From: Alkalinema sp. CACIAM 70d
GTDB lineage: Bacteria > Cyanobacteriota > Cyanobacteriia > Leptolyngbyales > Leptolyngbyaceae
Direction: 5' to 3'
NCBI GenBank assembly: GCA_002148405.1
Contig: MUGG01000034.1
Span: 1-64,000, forward strand
Length of the DNA: 64,000 bases
Shown: one piece after another, positions 32,173 to 41,954 of the stretch
Layout of the letters: each line of letters opens with the position of its first letter
Numbering within the stretch: position 1 is the first letter of the stretch
The notes under the pieces: model-generated
Told to the model about the DNA's origin: nothing
Databases searched by the model: none
Seen by the model: the letters and a program-made list of their open reading frames with translations, nothing else
Position numbers and translations under genes: made by a program

Positions 32173-32313
32173 AGGAAGAAATTCCATGACTCAGGATTCC
32201 TTTGGATTCCCTCACAGTCATCGTAGAGAGTTTCTCCAACCAGAAATCTTGCGTTAGTCCGTAATATCCTGTGTTCTCTCAGTTATTTGAGTTTGTTTGT
32301 GAAGCCATTTCCA

Positions 32314-34575
32314 ATGATTGATCACCAAGGAGCTGCGCTGCGGCAAATCATTGATCGCATCCGGAGTTCCCTAGAGCTACGAGTTGTTCTGCAAACTGCG
32401 GTGGATGAAATTACTGCTTTGCTCAACCTCGATCGGTGTACATTTTTCTGGTATTTCCAGGATACCCAACGCATTCAGTTAGTCTGCACAAGTGGTTGTT
32501 CAGGTTCTTCAGACACCCCAACAGTCTCTGCCATCCAAGAGACGCAAACGCCACCTATGGTACGACTTGGCTATTATCCCCTGGAAATATTCGGGCAGTT
32601 TACCCAGGCCATCACCCAAGGGGAATTGTTAGTTCAACCCACTCCCATCAACCTGCCTACCCCCTTGCAATGGTTAAGACACTTACAAGGGCTAAGACAC
32701 TTACAAGGGTTAAGACAGTGGTTACCCGCTCCATTCACTCCATCCAGCAAGCCATCCTCTGAGCCGTCACCTATTTGGGGCACCCAAGCCAATTTAATGG
32801 TGCCCTGCCCGATGCAGGATGGCACGTTAGGCTTTATTGGTTGTTTGTCCAATCAGCCTCGGCGCTGGACCCTCACAGAAGTTGAATTGTTACAAACCAT
32901 TGCCCAGCAACTCGCGATCGCCATTGAACAGGCGCAACGCTACGAGCAAACTCAAAAGCAAGCCCAGCGCGAACAGTTAGTCAATCAAATTACCGCACAA
33001 ACTCGCCAAAGTTTTGAATTACCCACCATCCTCAAAGGCGCGATCGCCCAGCTATTGGATGTGTTGCAGGTCGATCGGTGTCTCGTTCACTTAGTGGATG
33101 AAATTCCCTCCGAGGAATCATCGGACAAGGCGATCGGGGGCAAAGCTCGGGTTTCCCAGTATGCCGTTTCCCAGGAAAAGCACCTCTACGAAGTTTGTCG
33201 TCCCCCGTTTGAAGTATCCACGGACGAATTTGATGTACATGGCCCGATTACCCAGTGGGTGATGGCCAATCAACGGCGGGTCGTGATTTCCAATGTGGCA
33301 ACCGATGCTCGCATTGGGCCAGATAACCCCGAGTACCAACGGGCGGAAATTAAATCCTCCTTGGTGGTTCCCGTTCAAACCAAAGAAACGCTATACGCCA
33401 TTTTGTATTTGAACCAATGTTCCCACATCCGCTTTTGGTCGAAAAATGATCAAAAATTGGCGCAAGCCGTAGCCGACCAGCTAGCCATTTCCATTCAACA
33501 GGCGCGGCTCTTTGCTAAAACTCAACAACAGGCGATCGAGAGTGCGGCCCAAGCTCGCCACTTAGAAGCGACCCTCCAAGAGTTACGGTTAACTCAAGCC
33601 CAATTGATTCAGAGCGAAAAAATGTCCAGTCTGGGGCGGATGGTTGCAGGAATTGCCCACGAAATTAATAATCCCATTAACTTCGTGCTGGGCAACTTGA
33701 CCCACATTGACACCTACATGGTGGATCTAGTCACCCTGCTCAAAGCCTACCAACAGCGTTATCCCAATCCCTCTTTGGAGTTACAAGATCTCCAAGATGA
33801 TTTGGATGTGGAATTCATGTTGACGGATTTACCCTCCACGCTAAAATCCATGAAAAGCGGTGCTGAGCGGGTTCGCAGCATTGTTCTGTCACTCCGAAAC
33901 TTTTCACGATTGGATGAGGCTGATTACAAAGCAGTGGACATCCACGAAGGTCTTGAAAGCACATTGACGATTTTACAAAGTTATATCCGTGACGACATCA
34001 CCATCATTCGTGAATATAGCGAGTTTCCTAAGGTGAAATGTTATCCTCGTCAAATTAATCAGGCATTACTTAACATTTTAATGAATGCTGTGGAAGCATT
34101 AACGGATTGGCCAGGGGCAAACTCAGATACAGAGAAAACGATTACGATCGCGACTCATTTAATCCAACACAATTGGCTGAACTCAAACGTTGTAGAGAAT
34201 CCTTCTGAACTTGGAGCAACTTTACGCATTGCGATTAAAGACAATGGGCCAGGAATTGAACCTGTGGTGCAATCCAAAATCTTCGATCCCTTTTTTACTA
34301 CAAAAGACGTTGGGAAAGGGACGGGGTTGGGTCTAACGGTCAGCTATCAAATAATTGTCAATCAGCATCAAGGCCAACTGAAGCTGATTTCCCAACCGGG
34401 ACAGGGGGCTGAGTTTGTGATGGAACTGCCGGTCGTCGTAGAAAGCTCGTCTGGCTTGCCGCAGGCTCGATCGCCCCTAATACCCCCTACAACACGCGCT
34501 TCTGCTAGCCACCTCTTCGCCAGCCCTCCACCTAGCTCCCCGGCAACTTGCACGCTGCATTTCGTTTCTGGTTAA
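32314..34575 (+). CDS. Sensor histidine kinase with two GAF domains (HisKA + HATPase_c)
   Basis: The H-box is MVAGIAHEINNPINFV. The N/G boxes are NILMNAVEA...DNGPGIEP...GKGTGLGL. The in-frame 18-nt repeat LRHLQGLRHLQGLRQ lies at 32674-32718. The track start at 32287 is TTG, and the ATG is at 32314. Confidence 0.85.
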   Translation: MIDHQGAALRQIIDRIRSSLELRVVLQTAVDEITALLNLDRCTFFWYFQDTQRIQLVCTSGCSGSSDTPTVSAIQETQTPPMVRLGYYPLEIFGQFTQAITQGELLVQPTPINLPTPLQWLRHLQGLRHLQGLRQWLPAPFTPSSKPSSEPSPIWGTQANLMVPCPMQDGTLGFIGCLSNQPRRWTLTEVELLQTIAQQLAIAIEQAQRYEQTQKQAQREQLVNQITAQTRQSFELPTILKGAIAQLLDVLQVDRCLVHLVDEIPSEESSDKAIGGKARVSQYAVSQEKHLYEVCRPPFEVSTDEFDVHGPITQWVMANQRRVVISNVATDARIGPDNPEYQRAEIKSSLVVPVQTKETLYAILYLNQCSHIRFWSKNDQKLAQAVADQLAISIQQARLFAKTQQQAIESAAQARHLEATLQELRLTQAQLIQSEKMSSLGRMVAGIAHEINNPINFVLGNLTHIDTYMVDLVTLLKAYQQRYPNPSLELQDLQDDLDVEFMLTDLPSTLKSMKSGAERVRSIVLSLRNFSRLDEADYKAVDIHEGLESTLTILQSYIRDDITIIREYSEFPKVKCYPRQINQALLNILMNAVEALTDWPGANSDTEKTITIATHLIQHNWLNSNVVENPSELGATLRIAIKDNGPGIEPVVQSKIFDPFFTTKDVGKGTGLGLTVSYQIIVNQHQGQLKLISQPGQGAEFVMELPVVVESSSGLPQARSPLIPPTTRASASHLFASPPPSSPATCTLHFVSG

Positions 34576-34628
34576 CTTCCCGAGGTTAACTTTAACTTCC
34601 TGAGGTTAACTTCCTGAGGTTAACTTCC
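34570..34628. repeat. Tandem repeat of about 14 nt ((C/T)GAGGTTAACTTCC, about 4 copies) spanning the stop codons of the convergent histidine-kinase and truB genes
   Basis: Both TAA stops (34573-34575 on the plus strand, 34620-34622 on the minus strand) lie inside GTTAAC repeat units. Confidence 0.8.
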
Positions 34629-35519
34629 CGGCTCGTAGACCATCGCGGGCCGCAGTAGCCAGCCGTCTTCTAGGGCTTCTAAACGCGAAACTCCCAGAAA
34701 TTGCCCCGTTTCTGCATGAATTCGTACCCATTCCGCGATCGGTTGCGTCACCTCTGGGAAAAAGATGCGCTGCCCCAAACACCACCGCCGAGCAAGTTCT
34801 GGCTCTAAGCTCCACATCGCTAGAGACTGTAACGCTTGCTCCGGTGGCTTGAGATGAAATTCGTTGGCTTCTACCTGCTGGGCGATCGTGTCGAGAGTCA
34901 AACTGTCTGCCAAATCAAACCCACCGCTGGCGGTGCGGGTCAATCCGGCTAAGGTTGCACCTGCCCCCACCGTTTGGCCTAAGTCACGGGCGATCGCGCG
35001 AATATACGTGCCACCCCCACACACCACCGTGAGATCAATTTCAGGAAACATCCCACTGCGCCACTCTAGGATCTCGATCGCGGATACTTCCACCGTCCGC
35101 ATCGGCACATCCACCACTTTCCCCGATCTGGCTAGATCGTACAACCGCTGTCCCTGCACTTGAATGGCACTAAAAGCGGGGGGAATTTGCTCAAGAGTAC
35201 CAACAAATTTGGGAAGGGCTACTTGCACAGTTTCTAACGTCAATTCAGGTACAGCCTGCTGGGTCAAAATCTCCCCTTCCAAATCATCGGTGTTCGTGGT
35301 TATGCCAAACCGCACGATCGCCCGATAGGTTTTTGCCGAGGGTAAAAATTGCAATAACCGAGTGGCCCGTCCTACGGCGATCGGTAACACTCCATCCGCT
35401 GCCGGATCTAAGGTGCCCGCATGGCCAATTTTTTTTGTTTTAAGTAATCGCCGGAGCTGTGATACGCAATCATGGGAGGTCATCCCCAAGGGTTTATTTA
35501 AATTGAGAAATCCATCCAT
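34620..35519 (-). CDS. truB: tRNA pseudouridine(55) synthase
   Basis: GFLNLNKPLGMTSHDCV...GHAGTLDPAADGVLPIAVG is the TruB catalytic-Asp motif. Confidence 0.9.
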   Translation of the reverse strand: MDGFLNLNKPLGMTSHDCVSQLRRLLKTKKIGHAGTLDPAADGVLPIAVGRATRLLQFLPSAKTYRAIVRFGITTNTDDLEGEILTQQAVPELTLETVQVALPKFVGTLEQIPPAFSAIQVQGQRLYDLARSGKVVDVPMRTVEVSAIEILEWRSGMFPEIDLTVVCGGGTYIRAIARDLGQTVGAGATLAGLTRTASGGFDLADSLTLDTIAQQVEANEFHLKPPEQALQSLAMWSLEPELARRWCLGQRIFFPEVTQPIAEWVRIHAETGQFLGVSRLEALEDGWLLRPAMVYEPGS

Positions 35520-35621
35520 AGATTAAACGTTATCTCCAGCCCACAATAGTCAAATTAGGACACCGCTAAATTGATGAAAGATAAATCACTCTGTCCATTG
35601 TTAAAGAACCAGATTTTAATC

Positions 35622-37310
35622 CTAACGCTGAACCTGAGTGGAATCAAATTGAGTAATCAGGCTTAGACGCAGAGGATCTTGACTGATGAATTGTGTGTAC
35701 CTTGCAGTCAGGTATGGACGAAAGGCCGGTTGATTCATAATGTAGGTGCCGAAAAACGCTAAACTCAGCCCATTTAAATAACGTCGGGCTAATAGAGGAT
35801 TGGGACCAATTAATTCCGGTGGAATCGGTAAGGAGTTATTGTTGGACTCGGAATCGGCTAGGAATGAAAAATGAGTTCCCCGATCGACCATCACGAGATA
35901 TCGTTCCGGGGTATGGAGCCAAGTAAACGGTATAACTTGTTCCAGAATTGATGGAGCAACAGTATCTGCATTCCCAGTAATCATCATCGTGGGCACTTTG
36001 ATTTGGCCGATACTCTCTGGCCCCAAAGCTACGCTATCAATGGGATTGACCGCAATGACTGCCGCCACTCGGGAATCTCCCAAATAGTAAGTCTGGTTGG
36101 ACAGCTGCGATGCTAGGCATTGTAGTACCAGCGAAATATTAAATGTATTAACCTGCTTCTCTGGGGTGCACTGCGTCTCTGCCAAGGATTTGCCATTCAG
36201 TGGTGCCCCCGCCAAGGCTAATGCCGTATAGCCTCCAAAGGATTGGCCAAGAACACCGACCCGTTGCAAATTAATGGACCGTAAACGACTATCCCCTTGG
36301 GCTTTTTTAGTCAGTTCATCCAGTAAAAATGTAATATCCAAGGGCCGATCGTGGAATTCACTGGGTTCCGTGACTTCATCGGTGAGTCCCCGTAGCAAGG
36401 CTTTGATCTGTCTAGAGTTACTGCCGGGATGCTCAGGCACAGCTACAGCAAACCCATGGGACGCTAAATGCTCGGCCAGGTATTTAAAGGTATTTAAATC
36501 GGATCCCAACCCATGGGAAATAACGACCAGGGGAAGACTGCTGGCAGATTGCGTGACCGATCGGGGTAGATAAAGATTCATCGGGAACGATCGCCGCTTC
36601 ACAAAGCCCGTCGAACTGACCCGCCCTTCATCCCGTAAATTAAACGGCAAGACTTCCCAACTGTTGCGACCCCGCTGCGTCAGATCCATCAATGGCGTAG
36701 GAAGGGGTAGCCTACTTGCGTCTTGGCTAGATTGCGCTGTGATCGCCTTTGTATACAAATTTGTCGAAGTAACCAGTTTTTCCAGCTCATCGGCAATCTG
36801 GAGGGTGCGAAACAGATCGACGCGAATGCCTCGGGTGGGGAAATTACGCACAACATTCAGCGGAGACAGTCCTTTTTGTTGATCGACCGCTGCCAAAATT
36901 AACGCGGCCCGAATCGCCTTGGCCCCATCCGTCCGCGCTTCTGGCTGGATCACTTGGCCCAACCGTCCCAGCAGAATTTCCCCCTGGGGACTGTAGAGAA
37001 ACTGGGAAATCGCGATCGGACTCAGCTCTGCCTTGGCCTTGAGAACCGATCGCAGTTGTTGGCGCTGTTCCGCATTCACGTAACTGGTGTAGACATACAG
37101 GTCATCACTCAGTTCCCCCGAATCGGCGTACTTTTCCAATTCCTCAAAGGAGATCGATCGCTCTAGCAATCCGTAGGACAAATAAATTCGCTCTGCCGCT
37201 TGGGCGGGGACTGGCGCAATCGCTGTGACAATCAGACCTACCCCTAAGAGCTTGAGGCAGCGTTTGAGCAGGGAGGAAGGGGCCAAAGAAGGCAAGGAAA
37301 AGAGACGCAT
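35622..37310 (-). CDS. Secreted alpha/beta hydrolase with N-terminal DUF1400-like domain
   Basis: A signal peptide is followed by IYLSYGLLERSISFEELEKYADSGELSDDL, the cyanobacterial DUF1400 pattern. The hydrolase core reads VVISHGLGSD...GQSFGGYTAL, a G-x-S-x-G nucleophile. The track start at 37340 is TTG, and the ATG is at 37310. Confidence 0.7.
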   Translation of the reverse strand: MRLFSLPSLAPSSLLKRCLKLLGVGLIVTAIAPVPAQAAERIYLSYGLLERSISFEELEKYADSGELSDDLYVYTSYVNAEQRQQLRSVLKAKAELSPIAISQFLYSPQGEILLGRLGQVIQPEARTDGAKAIRAALILAAVDQQKGLSPLNVVRNFPTRGIRVDLFRTLQIADELEKLVTSTNLYTKAITAQSSQDASRLPLPTPLMDLTQRGRNSWEVLPFNLRDEGRVSSTGFVKRRSFPMNLYLPRSVTQSASSLPLVVISHGLGSDLNTFKYLAEHLASHGFAVAVPEHPGSNSRQIKALLRGLTDEVTEPSEFHDRPLDITFLLDELTKKAQGDSRLRSINLQRVGVLGQSFGGYTALALAGAPLNGKSLAETQCTPEKQVNTFNISLVLQCLASQLSNQTYYLGDSRVAAVIAVNPIDSVALGPESIGQIKVPTMMITGNADTVAPSILEQVIPFTWLHTPERYLVMVDRGTHFSFLADSESNNNSLPIPPELIGPNPLLARRYLNGLSLAFFGTYIMNQPAFRPYLTARYTQFISQDPLRLSLITQFDSTQVQR

Positions 37311-37470
37311 GGAACTGGAAGGCTTTGATTCAGACACCAAAATAGCATTCTCTCTGGAAATCGGGGTGGTTAGTGATCAGATTGCAATGTTGCAAGTCTG
37401 AGTCCAGTTCAACAGGGCTAAACCTGAGCTAGGCAATGGTACAAACAGCCCCACGGGGTTACTTTAAACC

Positions 37471-38073
37471 TCAGGATGGTCTAGAAACCGCAACTTCAGT
37501 GTTAGCTTCAACATTAGTGTTAGCTTCAACATTCGTCTCAAGGTTCAAGGCCGCGATCGCCTCTTCACACCAGGCCAGCCAACTTTCTTCGTAGCGAATA
37601 CCGTTGCGCAGGGTGAGATAGCGACACCGTTTATCCCAGGGCATTACCTCGACCGGCTGATGGAAACATTCTGCCTCAATTGAACGATAGGTTTGGAGCG
37701 TTACTTGGTGCTGATTTTGGTGGTTCTGGAGTTCCCGGAGCAGCACGCTAGGAGACACCTGTCCGCCCCCAAAGACCTTAACCAGCAGGTCATCCTTGAT
37801 GGGGGATACCTCAGTGGGGGTCGCAATCCAACTACACAACAGCTCTCGCCCCGCTTCTGTAATTGTTAGCAGGCGTTTGTCGGGCCGTCCCTCCTGATGC
37901 ACGATCGTGCCGGAGAGATAGCCCTGCTCCTCCATCTTCGCCAGTTCACGATAGATCTGTTGTTGGCTGGCGTACCAAAAGTACCCGACCGATCCCGCAA
38001 ATCGCTTAGACAGGTCATACCCACTGCAAGGCATTTCCGCGATCGCGACCAAAATGGCATGGGATAACGCCAT
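37471..38073 (-). CDS. PadR family transcriptional regulator
   Basis: AILVAIAEMPCSGYDLSKRF...QQQIYRELAKMEEQGYL is the PadR winged helix. A C-terminal NVEANT repeat comes from a DNA tandem repeat at about 37491-37530. Confidence 0.8.
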   Translation of the reverse strand: MALSHAILVAIAEMPCSGYDLSKRFAGSVGYFWYASQQQIYRELAKMEEQGYLSGTIVHQEGRPDKRLLTITEAGRELLCSWIATPTEVSPIKDDLLVKVFGGGQVSPSVLLRELQNHQNQHQVTLQTYRSIEAECFHQPVEVMPWDKRCRYLTLRNGIRYEESWLAWCEEAIAALNLETNVEANTNVEANTEVAVSRPS

Positions 38074-38147
38074 ACGTCCCCCAAACTAAATACTCACCTT
38101 GTTGAGTATAACGTTCTTGTTGAATATAGCGTTGGGAGTATCAAGCA

Positions 38148-39470
38148 TCACGCACCGGGTTTAACCACGACCACTCCATAGGCATTAGGGGTGAGATATT
38201 TTTGGGCCGCTGCTTGTAAGGCTTGGGGCGTGAGCGATCGCACCCGATCAGCATAGGTAAAGACCGGATCTAAACTGTCCGTCATCGCATAGTAATAGCC
38301 ATAGAGATTGGTGCGATCGCTGGGCGTTTCGTTGCCAAAGACAAATTGATTCGCCACTTGGATACAGACCTTCTCGAGTTCTGCCGCTGGAATTAAATCC
38401 GTGTGGAGGCGGTGCACATGTTCAATCATCGCCGTTTCGACGGCCTCCAGACATTCCACAGGCAATTGGGCTGTTAGACAAAATAGTCCTTGGTGCTGAT
38501 AGGTAATGTTAGTCGCACCGATCCCAGACACCAGACCTCGCTGTTCCCGCAGATCCTGCACCAGCCGCGCGGTACGACCGTGGCCCAAGATATTAGATAG
38601 AACATCCAAGGCATAGGTTTCTTCCAATTCCTCAACGCCGGGAACCCGCCACAGAACCATCAATCGGGCCTGCTGCAAAGTTGGATCCACAAATTCTTTG
38701 CGAACAATTTGCTGAAAGGGTTGTTCACCGACGAAGGTGGGGCGCTTAGGGATCGATCGCGAACCGCCGATCGACTGCCCCGCCGATCGCTCCGTTGCCC
38801 CCGACCATTGCTCGCAACTGCGCTCTACCGTGCGAATCAACTCTTCCACGGGCAAATTGCCCACGGCTACGGCGGTCATGTGCTGGGGCTGATACCAATG
38901 GCGATGGAAATCTAGCATTTGACTCGAGGTCAGTTGCTCAATCACCGAGGTTGGCCCTAAAACGGGACGGCGGTAGGGCAAGGTACTAAAGCCCAAATCC
39001 AGCATGTGTTGATAGGTGCGCCGACGGGCATTATCATCCGATCGACGAATTTCCTCCAGAACCACTTGGCGTTCCCGTTCAAAGCCGTCGTTGGGAATGG
39101 CGGCGTTTAGTAATACATCCAGTTGCAACGGAGCCAAATCGGCAAAATCCTGGGGTGCAGTCGTGATGTAGTAGTGGGTGTAGTCATGGCTAGTTGCAGC
39201 ATTGGTGACGGCTCCCCGCTCTTCAATGCGACATTCAAATTCCCCACTGGCCAACTGCTCAGTGCCTTTGAAAATCATGTGTTCCAGGAAGTGCGCCATG
39301 CCGTTGATGTCGTCACTTTCCACGATCGAACCCACATTCAGCCACAAATTAAGCGTGACTGCATCAACAGGCATCTGTTCAGCAATGACGGTCATGCCAT
39401 TGGCCAGACGGTGAATGGTTGGGACATTCAGTGGGGTCACTATGGGGGTTCGAACGAGAATAGAAGTCAT
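38148..39470 (-). CDS. M16 family (pitrilysin/insulinase) zinc peptidase
   Basis: Inverted zinc motif HFLEHMIFKGT. Confidence 0.85.
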   Translation of the reverse strand: MTSILVRTPIVTPLNVPTIHRLANGMTVIAEQMPVDAVTLNLWLNVGSIVESDDINGMAHFLEHMIFKGTEQLASGEFECRIEERGAVTNAATSHDYTHYYITTAPQDFADLAPLQLDVLLNAAIPNDGFERERQVVLEEIRRSDDNARRRTYQHMLDLGFSTLPYRRPVLGPTSVIEQLTSSQMLDFHRHWYQPQHMTAVAVGNLPVEELIRTVERSCEQWSGATERSAGQSIGGSRSIPKRPTFVGEQPFQQIVRKEFVDPTLQQARLMVLWRVPGVEELEETYALDVLSNILGHGRTARLVQDLREQRGLVSGIGATNITYQHQGLFCLTAQLPVECLEAVETAMIEHVHRLHTDLIPAAELEKVCIQVANQFVFGNETPSDRTNLYGYYYAMTDSLDPVFTYADRVRSLTPQALQAAAQKYLTPNAYGVVVVKPGA

Positions 39471-39695
39471 TCTTAGCCTCAGAATTTGCCCTAGAGAGTC
39501 GATCGAGTCTATTTACACCCTCTAGAGGTTGCTCCTATTTATCTTAATGCCCTTAGGAGAGATACCGCAGCCCAAAAGTTAGCCCTAATTGACAATTCAG
39601 AATTAGCAATCCAAAAATCGCCGCCCAAAAATCGCTATCTAGCTTCTGGTAATTACATCTAGCGAATTGCATCTAGCGAATTGCATTGCATTCGC

Positions 39696-40226
39696 TCAAT
39701 CGTGAATCACGATAGGCGTCCCCACCCTGGCCCAGCTATAGAGCCATTGCGCCGCATCGGGAGCCATATTGACACAGCCGTGACTGACAGGAGTACCAAA
39801 GCTGCTGTGCCAATAAGCACCATGAATAGCGTAGTTACCGGAGTAAAACATCGCGTGGGGAACGTCGGGAACTTCGTAATCTGCACCTTTCATGGTGACC
39901 GATCGAAATTTTTCTTGAATTTCAAAAACGCCTGTCCGAGTTGGCGTAGAGGCTTTGCCTGTAGAAACGATTTTGGCATCGACCCAGCGCTTTCCTTCCC
40001 AAGCAATCAGACGTTGGCTGGATAGATCAATTTCAATCCAACGCTGTTGAGATTTTTTCAGACTGGCAATTTCTTTTTGAATATAGCTGGAAGCTTCAGC
40101 AGCGGGGGGCGTGAAGGGTGTCTGCCATGCCCCCGGAGCCAACGGAACCACGACGCTAGCGAGCACGATCGCGCTCAAAATTTGTCTCGACACCTGTCTC
40201 GACCAAGATGGGGAAAGACCAAACAT
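39696..40226 (-). CDS. L,D-transpeptidase (YkuD domain) with signal peptide
   Basis: HGAYWHSSFGTPVSHGCVNM is the catalytic His/Cys motif. The internal ATG at 40226 is preceded by GAGGA, whereas the track ORF extends to 40382. Confidence 0.75.
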   Translation of the reverse strand: MFGLSPSWSRQVSRQILSAIVLASVVVPLAPGAWQTPFTPPAAEASSYIQKEIASLKKSQQRWIEIDLSSQRLIAWEGKRWVDAKIVSTGKASTPTRTGVFEIQEKFRSVTMKGADYEVPDVPHAMFYSGNYAIHGAYWHSSFGTPVSHGCVNMAPDAAQWLYSWARVGTPIVIHD

Positions 40227-40614
40227 AACCGGAATCCTCACAAAGGTAATGGTGAATGAAGCTGAATGACCCCTCTGATTTGTATACTGCCCACAGAAAG
40301 GAGCTGATGCAAGCTTTTGCAGCAACCAAGCCTGGATTATGCAATTTAATGCATGGGTAGAGAATGCACGGATAGATCGCAACGCAGGATCCCAGAGTCT
40401 CCCCTCGAAGTAATAGAAAGGATATCAACTCTACGATCGCTCCAAGTGGCAGCAGCAAAGGCTTTGGTAGATGCCATTAGCTACAAGTTCTACCCACCCA
40501 ATTCCTGAAATGGCAAACTCAGTGGTGAACTTTATACTGGAAACATCAGGTACTCACCCGTCATCTAGCGCAATAAACTCTCAATAAAATTTTTTAGGAG
40601 TCCGGACAATTCCC

Positions 40615-41913
40615 ATGGTTGAACTAGAACAAGCTCCCCTCAATCCAACGGTGATGAAGACGATCGAACGACTGCGGTATCGGGTGACCGTTGGCGATGT
40701 TGCGGCGCAGTCGGGGTTAGATCTAGCCACCACAGAGCGGGAAGTTCAAGCGATCGCTGCAGCCGTGGGAGGCCATTTGCAAGTTACGGAAACCGGGGAT
40801 ATTGCCTACAAGTTCCCTGAAAATTTTCGGGATATTCTGCGGAATAAGTTTTGGCAACTTCAGTTTCGTGAATGGTTGCAGAAAATTTGGACAGTCACGT
40901 TTTATCTAATTCGTCTAGCGTTTGGAGCATCATTACTAATTCTGCTGACTCTAGTTGTCATCGGTGTAATTGTCAGCATTTCTTTCTACAAGTCTGATTC
41001 CTCTCGTAATGACAACGATCGTAGCTTTGGAACTTGGTTTAACTTCAATCCTTTCTGGTTGTTTGACTTCAATTCCTTCCGTCCTGGTCGGCCCCGTTAT
41101 CGGGAGGGCGATCGACCCACAAATTTCCTAGAAGCTGTCTTTTCCTTTGTGTTTGGGGATGGTGACCCGAACCGAGATTTAGAAGCGCGGCGCTGGCAGT
41201 CGATCGGGCAGGTGATTCGGCAGCATCGTGGCGTGGTGGTTGCGGAACAGGTGACCCCTTTTTTGGATGAGTTGGGTACAGGATTTAGCCAGGAGTATGA
41301 GGAATATATGCTGCCTGTGCTGGTAAGGTTTGGTGGCAGTCCAGAGGTCAGTGAGACGGGACAATTGGTGTACCGTTTTCCAGAAGTGCAGAAGACTGCG
41401 ACCCAGAAGACGCGGCTACAAGCAACTGAACCGTTTTTAAAGGAACAGTTATGGCGGTTTAGCAATGCCGATGGCACGCTATTAACGTGGGCGGCGATGT
41501 TGGGGATTCTATTGCTGATTTTGGCCCTATGGTCTGCGGGCATTTTACCGGGTTCAATTCCTGCGCGGGGCTTTTTTCGATCGATTGCCCAAATTGCGAT
41601 TGGCTACAGTGGATTTTATTTGGGAGTCCCTTTAGTACGTTGGTTTGCCTTGATGGGGAAAAACGATAAGATTTCTGCCCGCAATCGCGATCGTCAGTTT
41701 CGATCGATTCGCTTGGAAGAACCGGATACCCAAATCCAAGAAAAGCTCCAGTTTGCCCAACAGTTTGCTCAAATGCAGTCGATCGATGAGACCAACCTGG
41801 CTTACACAACGGAACGGGATCTACTCGATCAAGAAATTGAACAACGGGACAAACTAGATGCTGATTGGGAGAAACGCTTAAATGAATCTCAAAAGCGACA
41901 GCAAAAACCCTAA
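40615..41913 (+). CDS. Hypothetical membrane protein with two tandem copies of an about 65-aa soluble domain, each followed by transmembrane segments
   Basis: Copy 1 is VTVGDVAAQSGLDLATTEREVQAIAAAVGGHLQVTETGDIAYKFPENF. Copy 2 is QVTPFLDELGTGFSQEYEEYMLPVLVRFGGSPEVSETGQLVYRFPEVQ. A hydrophobic stretch follows each. Confidence 0.45.
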   Translation: MVELEQAPLNPTVMKTIERLRYRVTVGDVAAQSGLDLATTEREVQAIAAAVGGHLQVTETGDIAYKFPENFRDILRNKFWQLQFREWLQKIWTVTFYLIRLAFGASLLILLTLVVIGVIVSISFYKSDSSRNDNDRSFGTWFNFNPFWLFDFNSFRPGRPRYREGDRPTNFLEAVFSFVFGDGDPNRDLEARRWQSIGQVIRQHRGVVVAEQVTPFLDELGTGFSQEYEEYMLPVLVRFGGSPEVSETGQLVYRFPEVQKTATQKTRLQATEPFLKEQLWRFSNADGTLLTWAAMLGILLLILALWSAGILPGSIPARGFFRSIAQIAIGYSGFYLGVPLVRWFALMGKNDKISARNRDRQFRSIRLEEPDTQIQEKLQFAQQFAQMQSIDETNLAYTTERDLLDQEIEQRDKLDADWEKRLNESQKRQQKP

Positions 41914-41954
41914 TCTTACAATCCAATCAACTAGGCAAGGCTAATCCTTTCTTA

